Shown here piece after piece: positions 1-14,000 of a DNA stretch of 64,000 nucleotides (the stretch's first letter is position 1; the number at the start of each line of letters is the position of its first letter). The notes under the pieces are model-generated. The model had not been told where the DNA came from and did no database searches. It saw nothing but the letters and a program-made list of their open reading frames with translations. This stretch comes from Trichinella spiralis. Taxonomy: Eukaryota. A program made the position numbers and the translations under genes. The stretch covers positions 2,129,848 to 2,193,847 of the forward strand of contig NW_003526945.1 in NCBI RefSeq assembly GCF_000181795.1, read 5' to 3'.

Positions 1-3000
1 TTTGGGTTAAACTTTTCTTCTTCGACATACACACATCGAATAGCTTAATTTATCTTTTTGTTCTCAAGCATACTGTAATGTTTATATGTTACTTTTTGTG
101 ATTTTTCTCTTTCTCAAGTGCTTTTGGTGTAATTACAAATTTGAAAGATCATTGAATATAAAATTAGAAAATCGAAAAATGCAACATCATTAAACATTAT
201 ATAAAATAACACTTGTAAAAGTTGCGTAATTTCAAAATCACAGAATAATTTTAAAATTCAACAATTTTTATCTTTATCATAGCAGATTGTAACTTTTTTT
301 ATCTGTGCTGCAATATTCGATTTGTCTTTATGATATATGAAGTGTCTAAGTGAAATTGCGCTCTGTTAGCTTCAACATTATCATATAAGCAGGATGAATA
401 AGTAATTACTTGATTGTAGTGAATTAAAATAAAAAAAGTTGATCTGCTTATTTATTTTGAAAACAATGTTGAAACGTCATTTTTTCATTTAGCATTCCTA
501 AAATGTTGCTTCTTTTAAACAGCCGAGTAAACTGCACATGTTAACAGTTGTCAGTTTGTTGGACAACGATCTCATTTAAGCATTATAGGTCATTGAGGGA
601 TTAACACAAAAATGTTGAAACCATACACTGACCTGTCTGTGTAAAGCTTTATTGTCATCATTTTGATTAAGGAGAACTACTGGTGTTAGTCTTCGAACAA
701 TTGTATCACCGTTTCAAACTTATCAAATCACTTATCAAAGCGTTGCTATAGTTATGGAAAATTATGTAAATGCAAATGTCCCTTTTTTCATTATGTTTAA
801 AAATTCAGGAATTTCCAAAAAAATTCAAATTTCAAACTGTCTTTGAAAATTTGCATTTTGCTTAACGGAAACGAAGAGCATCAGAGAAAAATTTAATCAT
901 ATTCATTCATTAATTTCAAGCATCCCTGGTCAATTTTTTAAAAAATAACTCATTCCGTTTATTACAATCGACATATTCTTCAATATGTTTCTTCTTTTTA
1001 TTTTGTTTTTGCATTCAAGTTTAATTTTAGAAATATGAAATTGTTGAGTAGTGAAAATATTTTTCTAGAAACAAACTTTTCCCAGCTGATGATAATTAAT
1101 GAACGTTTGATGAATATCAGATTATTTATTTAACACCATCTTTATTCTCTAGTTTCATATAAAAATAATTTTGCTTCTGAAAATTTTGGGCAGAACAGTT
1201 TGAAAATATGCATCATTGATTACATTTTATTGAACAATTTGTTAGCAAACAAATGCTGCCGCGTGAAATTAGGTCAAGCGGTCCGTAGCGTGTACAATGT
1301 TATCAGAATGTGGAGAGATTATGTTACTATTCTGCTTATCAGTATGAAAACATGTAATAGTCTAATTAAAAGGTATAAGTCTTTAATAAGCAAGAGCCTA
1401 TGAATAAGTTTTCACTGTTTAACTTACGTTCTGCTTTGGAAATAAAATGTGAAAGCTATCAATGCTGTCAATTACATAAATAATAATAGTGAGATTGAAA
1501 AGGTTGTGGACAAGCATGTGTACGGTATGAGTTTTTTTTTATAATCTGGCTATGATCACTTTAAATATTCTGTTCAATATTTAATATGTCGCGGGTTGAT
1601 TCAGAATTAATCACCTTAATAAATAATGCTAATTTAAAACAAACGAAACTCGGCTAATGTTTTGTACAATATTTGTTCAATAGTGCAGACGTGGAAAAAG
1701 GCGAGTGCCGTTGAAATTGGAATTAAAAAATTTTTCCTTTGATTGATGTAATTAACGGACGGAGAAAAAAAGTAATGATCAACGGCAGAAATTAGCATTT
1801 GAATTTTGCCGCTTATAAATTTTTCATGTCCGCTTCGCTTGAATTCGAAGCCCATTAGTTGGACAGAAAATCTCAACGTTGATCTTATCTAATCAATTTG
1901 TCATAACATGCATTGTGAACATTCAAACGATTCCAATCGCTAGTAAAACAAACACTATAAACAATAGAAATAAAAACTATGCATAATTTAAATTTATTAT
2001 TTTTTGTTTTTCAAAAAATTTTTTACATCTCCTCCAAAAAGTAGTTGTGATGATGCTGGTGGATTTTAATCGATGAAATTCTACTTGGGCAAATTGATAA
2101 TTTTCTTTCAATGAAATGTTACAACGATTATACATGTATTTGTGAAGCGGCTATTTCATTCATAGAATTATGCAGTAATTTTGATTTTCCGTCTTCATTT
2201 AAAATGGCCTGTCGTCTTAGGGACACTTTGGCGTGATTGTCAATTCAAATTCAAAGTTTAATTTTGAATATTTTATTTTTGTTGAATAAAATTGAATCGA
2301 TTGATCGAACGTATCAAGTGAACTTCTTCCTGTGCACACGACAAGGTTGGTTTGTTGAAAATGCCGAGCTGAAAAGTACAACGAAGCTTCATTGGCACGA
2401 TATGCCGATCAGAGCAGCATCTATTGCCGTTGGCTATGCATCTTTTTTCGAATGGATCAGCAATTCTGTAATTGAATGTCAAAAATTGTCCAAACAACAT
2501 CCGCATAATTTTAAACATCTCTTTAACTGAAATAAATCAAATATCGGCAGTTGATTATGCTGTCAACAATCGCAATATGAAAAGAAACAAAACCATATAA
2601 CAATGACAATGATGGAAATTAATTGATCTGATGAAAGTGCAGGATGCTTGGGGAGAAAAAAGCAAGAAAAAGCTAAGCGATCAATATTTTTTATTCACGT
2701 TCCAAACAGGGTACAACTTTTCGACATAAAACTGAAGATCCAATAAAATTGTATGTGCAAAATTTTGTTAAAAATACTCTCTTAATTCTGGTTATTCTAA
2801 ATTCAACTTATGCAGATTATTCTTCTATTGTTTTTTTTCTTCATTTTCAACTGTTTACCAAACAATTGTCCATTTCAACTGTGATAAAATTCGAATCTAT
2901 TTTCTTTGAATGACGTCATCATACTATTTATTATTAGTGCAAATAAATTTAATCAAAAAAAAGAAACATCATTCGTCTTAGGGAAAATTAGATTAAATTT

Positions 3001-5056
3001 TGTTTGCGTTATGTTTTCATTATCTTTAATAAAAATATATATTCATTCATGAGTTGAAAATAATTGAAACAAGCAGTGATGTGAAAAAAAGAATTTTGTT
3101 TTACTCTTCGAACGGTTACTGTAATTACTAAATCACCGCATCAACGTTGAAAGATTTCAGATCGCAAATGTTCCTTATCATAAATAATTATTACTGATCA
3201 TCTTCTGGCGACGACTAGTCAAATGTTAAACATTAATTTGAAGCTATTAAGCGCTTATTAGCTGAGAAAAGTCAAACAATAGGCGAAGCTAACGAACCAT
3301 TTTCATCATTTCTTTTGTTACCGGCAAATTTTCATCGTTTTTCTTGTCTGCATACTACTTTTTTGTGAAAGAAAAATAGTATTAAAATTTGAAAACAATA
3401 CTTTTTGAACAAATTGTAATATTTTAACATGAATTGAAATCAATTTTATTTTCTTTACAAATCAAAAAAACAAAAGTAACCCGCTTGATATATGTATTGA
3501 TTGATCGTTTTGAAATTGTTGACAAAAACATAAAAAGAAGACACAAAACTGACGTTACTGTACTAGTGATATTCATATTTTAATTCTTATCAACACAAAC
3601 TTCATTCTCGTTCTCGACTTGCAAAATTATTTATCTCGAATTTATCAAAACACTTTCAACATAGGACAACAAGAAATGTTTGCATTTATTTATCAAAGCA
3701 ACATAAATTTTCTTTCTTTTACCAAAAAGAATCAAAAACAAAATTTACAATTTATACAATATCAAAACAAAATAAATTATAAAAAGAAATAAATAAAAAA
3801 AATAAAATTCAACGTTTTCTTTCTTTTATTTTTCAAAGTAGTATACAAACTATCAATCAATTTCAGAAAACAAAATTTCACATTTATCACGAGTTGTATA
3901 AAAAGCCATTTCGAATTGATGCAAAAGTGAAATTTGCTCTTTTTGCCTTGGTGGAAGAAAGCAGATGTTTACATTTGGATTCAAGTGACGTTGCGTTTGT
4001 CAAAATTGTTAACGATTTTTACTTTTTCCACTTTGATAGACAAACATCACAAAGTTTAACGATTGTCAACGGAAGTGATGGTTATATGGAAAACGTTTTT
4101 TTCGCTTCATAAAAAACACGCGTCCTTGATTATGCATTGTTGGAAACGGTTTTGAATCGAAATCAACGTGAATATAAATTTACAAATTGAATTACAATTT
4201 ATAATTTGAAAAGAAAATAAAACTTTCAATGAGATATTTTCAAATTGGAAATTTTTTTCACACTTGGTTTTCATATATTTGTAACTCATTAAAAAATATA
4301 TTTTAAACTGTATTTGTTACAATCGTCATTTTATACCTAATTGTCGGTTACGGTATATTTACAAAATTGTACATTGAAACAAATAGATATGAGTGAAATA
4401 ATATTGAAAAAAAGTTTTTTTCATTTTAAAATATTAACAACAAACTATAATAATATCTTTACAAATAAATAACATTTTATTATAAAAAACCATAATATAC
4501 AAAGTAACAAATGATGAGGAATAATAAAAAATCTGAATTTTTTGAACATAGCAAAATAATAAGTGTAAAACATTTTGCATTTTCTTCCTTCTTTGATTTT
4601 CACCGGTTCATTTTTATCAGCTAACATAAAATCATCAAACTAAAGCAGCACATATCCAGCCCACTGTTCCATTGTCAAAATCTTCGCTTTCGTTTTATAT
4701 CTTTCTATGATAATCTTTGGGTTGTTGATTTAGCAATTTACCTGATTTGATGCATAATTAGGCGGCAATTTTTATCTCAGGTCGACTTTACTGTTAGCGG
4801 CAAATAGCTTACATGAATTGTTACTCTAGAGGCTAAAGTGACCATCATATTATATATTCTGGCCCGTCACAATGTTTTGACATTTGTTTTTCTTTCTTTC
4901 GTTTTCCGTTGCTAAAGTAATTTTTACTTCCTCATACTTTCAATGTCAATGTAAATTAAAAAACAGTAAAAGAGCTTTTTTTTACTTTGAAAAATGTTCA
5001 TATCTGCATAAATAACTATTTGCTATAGCAGTGTTGTATGATTTGCTTCATTTTAA

Positions 5057-5400
5057 CCCTTGGGTGGTGACGTGCATGATCCGACCGTTAGTGGTGACGT
5101 GGGGTCCTCTGGGCCCCAACTCGTGATTTCACATTTATTGATGTTGAATCAAATTTTTTCCGCTTTTTGCAGTCGTATTATATACTTTCTTATTTTTTCA
5201 CTGCGCATTTGTTCTGGCAGACAGAACTTTTCACATAATTTAGATTGCAAATGTTTGATTCTACACTTGTTGGGCCTGGCCTTCCGGAATATATTTTATA
5301 CGCTCTTGTTGGTACATTTCTGGATGGCTCTTGCTTACTCCATGAACAGACATGATCTCTTCCTATTAAATTGTGAATATCTTTGTTATTTATTAAATAT
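5057..5400 (-). mobile_element. Degraded piggyBac-like 3' end remnant (one terminus only; inner boundary approximate)
   Basis: TTAA at 5053-5056 followed by CCCTT, a subterminal imperfect palindrome GGGGTCCTCTGGGCCCC (~5101-5117), and broken minus-strand peptide pieces (KC.NQTFAI*IM*K..VC..KCAVKK) resembling a piggyBac C-terminal Cys-rich domain. Same layout as the remnant at 24279. Confidence 0.5.
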
Positions 5401-5584
5401 AAATTATTCTTAATAATTGAAATTAAAAACTTTACATTAAAAATTCTAAATTTCAGGCATTTGCTAATTATGTTTTAAAAGTACAAGTTGCCGCAGTTAT
5501 AAACTTTTTGGGGTGTTCATAGTTCAGATGAACGTAATTTTCATTATTATTTACTGTATGTTGTTTACTTCGAAATATTTTGTT

Positions 5585-6335
5585 ATGGCATTGGCGCTCC
5601 GGTTAAAGGTTTTAAATTTTATTAAAAGTGAATTTGGCATTTTAATTGCTTCAAATTATCATAAAAATGTAAGCCATTAATTAATTTTTCGTTGTTTTAC
5701 GTGGGTTAATATTTGATATAAAGAATAAATTTTGTTTCATTGGTTAAAATTTAGGTTTTGGATCATTATGAAAATCCAAGAAATGTAGGATCTTTGGATA
5801 AGTCAGATCCGACGGTCGGTACTGGTGTCGTTGGTGCACCAGCTTGTGGGGATGTAATGAAGCTGCAAATTAAAGTTGATGAAAATGGTCGTATAACGGA
5901 CGCTAAGTTTAAAACGTTTGGTTGTTGTTCTGCGATAGCTAGTAGCAGTCTTGCGACAGAATGGATAAAAGGAAAATCTGTAATTACGTATAAATATATA
6001 AATAAAAATTGTTTGTTGAAAGCTTATAAATGATCCGTTTTAGGTTGAAGAAGCATTGCAAGTAAAGAATCATGAAATTGCAGCGGAGCTTCGTCTGCCT
6101 CCAGTCAAAATACATTGCTCTAGTTAGTTTCGTTTTACTTTATATTTTTTAACTTTATTTTTAATATGCAGTATTTATATTTTTAAATGGATGTGTCAAA
6201 ACCGTTTATTTTGCAGTTTGTGTATTCATAATTCTTTTTCATTTTTTAGTCCTCGCAGAAGAAGCTATCAATGCCGCTTTGAATGATTACAGAAGTAAAC
6301 AAAAGAAAGTCACTGGTGGTGGTGGTAGTGAATAA
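5585..6335 (+). CDS. ISCU: Mitochondrial iron-sulfur cluster assembly scaffold protein IscU; exons 5585-5668, 5755-5979, 6044-6122, 6250-6335
   Basis: Spliced product contains YHKNVLDHYENPRNVG, GAPACGDVMKLQI, FKTFGCCSAIASSS and LPPVKIHCS motifs. All introns are GT-AG and the frame is preserved. AATAAA at 6492. Confidence 0.96.
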
Positions 6336-6529
6336 TTGGGAAATGTTTTCTTAATTAAAATGAAGTCTTTCACCATTTTTTACTTTTGAAACATTTTTAT
6401 AGTAATTCTCTCAATTTGTTAGAAGTAATCTATATCATTTGCTATTTCTGTAGAATATACGGATTGAATAGCAAATTTGAATTGTTTATTTAATAAATTT
6501 CACAAGTAAAATAAAAAAAGTCGCATCAG

Positions 6530-7110
6530 GTTTGCAGTTGATAAAAGCCGGGCACTGGCCTGAGGTAGATGGATCACGGGTGCGGCGGAGGCTTGTTGAT
6601 CATAAATGGTGGGAATAGGTGTAGTTCTTTAAACGGTTCGTTTTCTTGAATTGCCTTCTTTTCTATTTTGTATGTCAAGTGACGATCCAACGGGCAGATT
6701 TCCATGTGGTCTTTCTGACTGATCACGATCATCACTTCTTAATTTGTCCACATTACATACATCCTTGCAGTCTTTTATATTCAATACAAAAATAAACATG
6801 CTTAATAACAAGGAACACGCGGCGTACATTCGGCACATACGTTTAGAAATCCCCCAATATTTTTTCTGTTTATCGGTATGTTTCAGTTTCTATGTCATGC
6901 CTTCAAAAACATGGGACAAACTAACGTAAATATTGTTTACAAGATGCAACTCAGAAAGATTTGCCATTATGCGAATAACGAACAAAAAAGAAGCATATTC
7001 AATGCAATCTCAAATGTCAACCCGCTCCCACGGCTTTTAATTAAATTTTTTTTTCCTTGTTCAAACTGATTAACTCGAAGCGGCTAGTTAGCAGGAACAT
7101 CTGCCATTGT
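6530..7110 (-). mobile_element. Degraded FLYWCH-zinc-finger / MULE-type transposase-like remnant
   Basis: Minus strand from ATG at 6967 reads MANLSELHLVNNIYVSLSHVFEGMT*KLKHTDKQKKYWG, then MWTN*EVMIVISQKDHMEICPLDRHLTYKIEKKAI, then TTPIPTIYDQQASAA and DPSTSGQCPAF, with stops and frameshifts. This resembles repetitive FLYWCH-type proteins recalled from Trichinella annotations (recognition only, no search). Confidence 0.6.
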
Positions 7111-8018
7111 GAAAGTAACGAATAAAATAGAAAAGGAGAATATTAAAATCGAAAAAGTTGTTTAAAAATATATAAATAAATTGCACTGTCAATTGATTTA
7201 TGTTTAATTTTAACTAAATCGCTTTCAAATACAAAACCTTGAAAGGAAAGTTACAAACTTAAAAAGTACTTTAATATCATGAAATAAAAGTATTTAATTG
7301 CAAAAAATTAAATTATTTAATTTTATATGTGATAATTAATTCTTAAAAATAATTTACAGCATCATTAAAAATTTTTGCAACACAATTTTCACTTTACGGA
7401 TACGGTACTTCATAAGCATTGAATTATTGGAATTGAATATTTAAATCATTATTTATTATAATTTATAAAATAATTTTATTATGATTATAATTATAAGCGA
7501 ATTTTATGAAGAATTTTAATTTAAAATTTGTAATTTAGCTTAGAAAAATTTTCTATTACGTTACAGTAAGAATGTAAATGTGCATTTTATAATACGGAAA
7601 TTAATTAATAATAAAAAATAATTTATATACTATATTTTGTTATATTATTTTAGAAGTACTTTTCCGCTATAAACAATCATTTAAGTAACTAGAACCGGAT
7701 GACCTAGTTTTGCAAACTTCGAATCGCATACCATATTACTGTAAGGATATTATTATACTCCAAGCGGGAAGGCTGCGGTCGGCTCTTTCGTTGCTCTGTT
7801 TTGCGTGGTCTTGTTAATTGTTCAGTTTTACTTTTGAGTTATAGTTAATGATTGTTATCTTAATGAAAATGATAACAATTGTTTCAAAGAGTGAAATGTT
7901 TTGGTATTAGATAACGTATAATGTTGATTTTTTAGTCTGGTGTGTCGTGCGTGGTTCGATCATACGCAATCAATTGGAATACATTCAGTGACTTTAATAC
8001 CAGCAGAAAAAAAGCGAA

Positions 8019-11000
8019 ATGAGCAAGGTAATGATGAACTTATTCGTATAAAAACCAGTACTAAATCTAGTAATACGCTTTCCTCGTTTATTAACTTGTT
8101 TTGTAAATACTTCCGCATATTGTCTTCTGGTCTGTAATTCATTTTTTAAGGCTAAGTCAATCGTTTTAAGGCAGCTTTTTAAATATAACATTTCTTTTTT
8201 CTTACTTTCGAATATGAATAATATAAAAGTTTTGTTTTTTCTTGAGTTGTCCATTGAATATTTTGTAACGTATTTTTATAACGAAGTGTACTTTATTTAA
8301 TTGTTGACCATGTAAGTTAATTTATTATTATTATTTCAATTAAAAATTTAACATATTTATTTAAGAAATATATTTTTTGATAAAATGTGTAAATCTACCC
8401 GTATCTGTTGAGTCCTCCATTTTGAGAATAAATGTTGAAAGTAAAATGATAAAGACGTAAACCAATTTTTATCATAAATGATAAGGTTCGGTTGGGCTTT
8501 TCTTTCAGCTTGAAACTGTATAACTTTTTTGTTTACATCAAGCACATTTTGTTACTTTTGTTCATGTACCTTTCTAGACTGTTCTCAAAAATAGCACGTT
8601 AACTTTATGTTCGACAGCTATTAGCTAAGATAAGCTATCTTTGTGTACTTTTTAATGTTAAATGGTTACAGTAATTCTGTCTTATAGTTTGTCATTTAGT
8701 TAAATCTTAAGAGTTGTCACAAGTCAAATGGTTAAAAAGTGAAAAGTTGTTTAAAACATCACCAAGCCTAATTGAATGCATTACATTTGAGGTTTTCTGA
8801 TGATAGATTCTGTTGGGGTTACCAGAATTTAAATTTTTGTGTTTTAGATGTTTGTCATTTTTATGTTTATTTAAAGTAATTGCTAAACTACTGGTTAAAA
8901 GTTAATAATTAAATGAGCAAAGAGAAAGTGGTAATTGTATTGTAAAATTTACATGTATTTTTAAAATTTAGTTGCGTAAATAAATTTTAAATTCTATAAA
9001 TATTTTATAAGAGCAGTAAGTAACATGCTTTGGAAATATTTCCAAGTCCGCGAAAAAAATCTGCTTGGCCGATATCGATGTACATTCATCACCACACGAT
9101 AAAAATTTACTTTTGTTTGATAATGTGTTTTGTCGTATTTTTTCAATTCACGATTTTAAAAGTATTATAAAAATGGTTTTCTTTCAGTTGTTTATTATTG
9201 TAACGTTAGTTTTATTAGTTTCGTGAATATTGCTACTACAGTAATTTTAGTGATGAGTTAGTATGAATTGTTTTTAATGTTTATTTCATCCCCCAAAAAT
9301 TTATCGCCGCTTGTATAATCGTCATCTTGGCGCTTTGATTTTTATACATGAGTGTTGTTAAATTTAAATATTTTTAAAATGATAACTAACATTGAATATG
9401 AAAGTGTGACGTACACCACTATTTAAAATTATTTCTTTTTCAGAACAGCTTAGACCCTTTGTTTTTTCCAATTGGAAGCGAAGTAAGTGCTCGTTTTAAA
9501 GGTTCTTTCTGCCAGGCGATCGTGAAAGCAATCGTTCCTCACTTGTACTGCAAGGTTTGTGATGAATAACTTTTTAAAAAAAATATTTTTTACATTAATT
9601 ATTAATTTAGACTTTTCAGTTTTACTTTTCATTGTACACTGTATGTTTTAAATAATTTTTTACTTTAGGAGCATAGTCATTTGATGTTTTTTTTTTATAA
9701 AGCGAAGAATAGATGTTCAAATGTATTTGCGCTTGATCATTATTAGATTCATACTATGCTTTGAGTTCATGGGATAAGATGATTTTCGTAGTGGATGTGC
9801 ATTTAGACACGAACGCAGTGCGAACTTTGTTAAATAGTTTGCCACCAATTAGTGGACAAATAGCGTTTACTGATTTTTCAAACATTTCCGTTGTTTTTTG
9901 CTTAAATTAATTGGCGCCGACTTTTTATTCTGTTAGTTCCAGTATTATGCGCTTAGTTAAATTTACTGCATAAGTTTCATTGTTTGTTCCTCTGTTTTTT
10001 AATGAGTCTGTGTTTAGTGCTTGCAAATATTTTCGATTTTTCAATTATAGCTGCAACACGCTTGCATTTTGCACTTAAAATTTAAAGTAGAATTGAATGT
10101 ACATTTGTACTTTACAATCAGACTTTTTTTATTTTAAGTTTTTTTAATTGATCGTTTTAATTTATATACTTTTAATTATAGAAAGTTTAGTAATATTTTT
10201 TGTTAATTTTTTTTGATCGTGTGCTGCGTTGTGTGTTTGTGATTTTTCTCCACTGTATTTTCATATATTTGAAAATTTTGTCAATATTAAATACGCTGAC
10301 ATTTGCATGAATTGAACAGTAGATTACGTTTTTGTGGTGGCAGATGAGCAGATCGTTTTGGTTGCTTGCTCAGCTTGAGGACGCATTTTGAAATCGATAA
10401 ACGGCGCGTACTTTATTTTGTGATGTCACAAAGCGCTCTGACCAGGTTTTAACTGATTCGTTTTTTTTTCTTCGCGAATGTTTCGCGTTTGATAGTTAAC
10501 GGTGAAATTGAATTTTTTTGCTGCGCAGAATAATTTAATTTTTTTTGCTTATGACGAAAGGGTAATTTGATGAAGAATGTAATAGTAAATGAAAGCGAAG
10601 TGATTGATTTTGGTTGATATTTTTTTTCTTTGAAAATTCAATCGAATTAAGCGAATTATTTTAAAATTATATTTGCTGCGGTTTTGAAATTACCAACTTA
10701 TCTATGTATTTGTTTTAATTTTAGATTCAGTCAAACGGCACCTATTTTGAAGTAGAATTGAACAACGTCATTGGTGATGTGAAAGTGGGAAATCATGTGT
10801 GGTTCCGTAATCCATATAACGGAAATTACAATCGAGGTGTAATAAAAGTTGTTAAAGATAAGAGTGATTACACCGTTGGTAAGATTTTTTTTAGCATATT
10901 GTCAATACTGATTTCTGCTCCACAGTTGAATAGCGTGTGACAAATTTAGCGGCATGTCTAGTTTTTCGTTTTATCGAAACGGTCGAAATGAAGCATTGCA

Positions 11001-14000
11001 AAATTATTCTCACATCACTAGTGTAGTCGGTTTAGTTTGTCAAGGGCGATGGATGTGGATAATAAGTTTTTTTTTCATGCTACCATGTAATGCAGCGTGT
11101 GAAAGAAGCAACGGTGACTTCGAAATGAGCGATTTAATTTTAGTTTGATTCAAAATTTTCTAGTCGCAGACACAATATGAAAACTACTCGTGAGTTGTTT
11201 TATTATTGTAATGAAAAAACATTTTTAAACAATTTTCTCGAAAAATAATTTTTTCAAGTATGTAGAAAAATGATAGCCGAATTTTTTCAGATGAACTTAC
11301 TTAAGTAGCAGTAATGGTTGCTAATCATACTGTAGAATGGTGCGGCTGCACAGTTGGCTTCTTTGCGCATAAGTTTGAGTAGAATTTGTGTTGTCGTTAG
11401 GCGAAAACGTGATGGTGTAGTTTGTTGGACAGATGTTCACAATTGTACAAGAGTTAATTATTTTAAAAAAATCCCTTTATGCGGGTGATTAGGCTTAAGA
11501 CGATGGTAGTGGTAAACAAACGAACTGAAAGCAAACAAGTAACGCAGTTTTTCAATAGTTCTATCAGTGATGAGGAGGTTTTTTTTTCAACTTTCAATCG
11601 AAAATTGTCCACAGAAAGTTTACCCTAGTTGGTTAGGAACGGTTGGGGCGGTGATTTTGTTATTTTTGTCGTCGACGTTTTTTGAAAAAGCACGGGAGGT
11701 AAAAATCAGTTAGCGTTGTTTTGATTGGTCGACAGTTGTTGGACGTTTGACATTTGTTGAAGCTCGAATGTGCGAAACGGCGAGCATCAGCAAAGCAGAG
11801 CTGTGGCGGTTGTGCATTTTTCGTTCAACAGAGCCCGGGCGGACTACGCATTTTCCCCCTTCCATATTCTCATTCGCTATCTGTATATTGCTTATATTTA
11901 GATTTCGACGACGGTGACGAGCAGACTTTGCGTAGGCACCAGCTTTGCTTGAGAGCCAGCAGTTCACCCGCACCGATGGTAAGATTGTGTGATTTTTGTT
12001 GTATGTTTTGTAAATATTTTCAAAGATATGTTGTTGTTGTTGTTGTTACATTGACGTCATCTTTCAGAATTTTTTTAAATTTTGCTGTTTTTTGTGTTGA
12101 ATTAGACAATTTTTCAAGTCAAGTTTATTTGTTTATTTATTTCTTCTTAAAAAAAATAATGTCCGCTTTATTATTTTTTTTCAAATTAACTTGCTTTGTG
12201 CTTTCAGGAATGTCAAGTGCGCAGTGATGCGGGCTCTAGCGGAGCTCGAGTGCTGCAGTTTGCAGCTTCAAGTGGCGGTGATTCCGGTGAGCTTGGATTC
12301 TGGAGTGGAATGATGATGATGATGATTCATTTCTTTTTTTTCATTGCTTTTTTAGGCACTAGCGCAACTTCGGATGTTTCAGCTCCGGTTGATGCGAATT
12401 TAGTGGTCGGAGCCGTGGTCATTGTACAGCGCAATTTGCCCGATCTGCAGCAGTTGATTGGTGAATCGGTCGATCTTACCAATCAGTGCTTTCCGGCGTT
12501 GGTGGTCACTCCGTCGGCGGCTCCGCATTTGCACTGTCAATCGACTACGGATCACGTCGTGCGAAGTTTTATAACAGGAGAATTGTGAGTATTATTAGGT
12601 TTGCATTTGCATTTGTCAATTCTATTTTGCTTTTACAGAAGTGTCGTGACTGCAAGTGAAGTTCGTAGTATCGATGAGTGGCACGGTCGTGAGATTGACA
12701 ATTTTGTCTTACGTCGAGGTATTCAGTTCTGCTTTGCTTTGGTTGTTGGGTTTTGGTTTTTATTTTAGTTCATTTTCATTCAAGGTTTGGAGAACGCCAA
12801 GGTCTACCTTGAACAAGGCAAGCTTCCTTGCGGTTGGGACAAGGACGTGTTGCTAGCAGCCGGTACATCTGCGGTACGCGACGTCAGTGGTGAGCTGTCT
12901 GCCGGCGAGGATACGTCAAAGACGACTGAAAGCAGCGATGTTGATTCTGAAGACGAGACGAATGACGAGGATCGTGATCACTTTGTCGCTTGTTTGTACA
13001 AATTTATGGACGAGCGCAACACGCCGATCAACAAATGCCCTATGCTGGCCGGCAAGGATTTAGACTTGTACCATTTCTACAGAAAAGTGATGCGCGCCGG
13101 TGGATACACCCGTGTGAGCAATAAAAATCTTTGGAAAGTTATCACCGACAAGATGTCTCACAGTTTGGGTGTCAATTTGACGGTGAAATCGGTCCGAGTG
13201 GCTTACGAGAGGTGAGTTTGGCCGATTAGAAATAATATTCATTTCAAAACCATTGAAGAAGAAATTATTTCTGTGTGTGTGTTTTAGCTTTTTGCTGAGT
13301 TTTGAAAATTTTACGCGAAAACTTGGTTTTCCATTTAAACAGTACACGCCGGTGACACCCCGTAATGCTACGTCTCGTAACGAGAAGGTTCGACAGTTGT
13401 GTTTTTTCACCTCGTATCATATTTTTGTGCATATTTGTATGTGTGGTGGTTTATTTTTTAGGAGTGGATGCGCAGTAAAGCATTGGCTGAGAAAATTCAA
13501 GCCGGAGATTCGACCAGTGCTTCGCGTAAGAGAAAAAAGTACGCTGAAGGTGGTTCGGACGAAGCACATAAAGAAGAAAGTGGCCAAAAAACTGCCGGCG
13601 GCGACGGCGGCGACGGCGACGGCGGCAGCGGCACTGTTGCAGAACAGCAGCAGAAGAAGCCGTCTGGGGAGACGGTAGTTGTCAAAGTGGAAGCTCATCC
13701 GAGTGATTCAAAAAAGTTGCGTCTGGTGGTAACCGGTGACAAGCACAAAACTTTGTCGGTGGTCAAAGGGTTGGAGCCTAATGGTGGTGACAATGGTAAT
13801 AAAGCAAAAGCAGCTGCTACTACAGTTGGTAGTGATGATGACGGTGGTTCGTCGAATGCGAAGAAACAATTGAAGCGTACTGGTGATTGTGATGATGGTG
13901 GTGTTGAAAGTGTTAAAAAGAAGTTGAAGCCGGCCGCCAAAGTTGGAAAAGGAAAAGAGATTATAAAGGGTGAAGCGCCTGCGGCAGCAGTTCCTGCTAA

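Noticed and set aside
1..4800. Short ORFs (e.g. 1634-1876, 2273-2518) and scattered minus-strand splice-like signals
   Set aside because: No recognisable motifs and no consistent in-frame exon chain could be built.
7937..7975. GGTTCGATC B-box-like motif suggesting a tRNA
   Set aside because: No cloverleaf stems can be formed; the segment lies in the probable first ARID4 exon.
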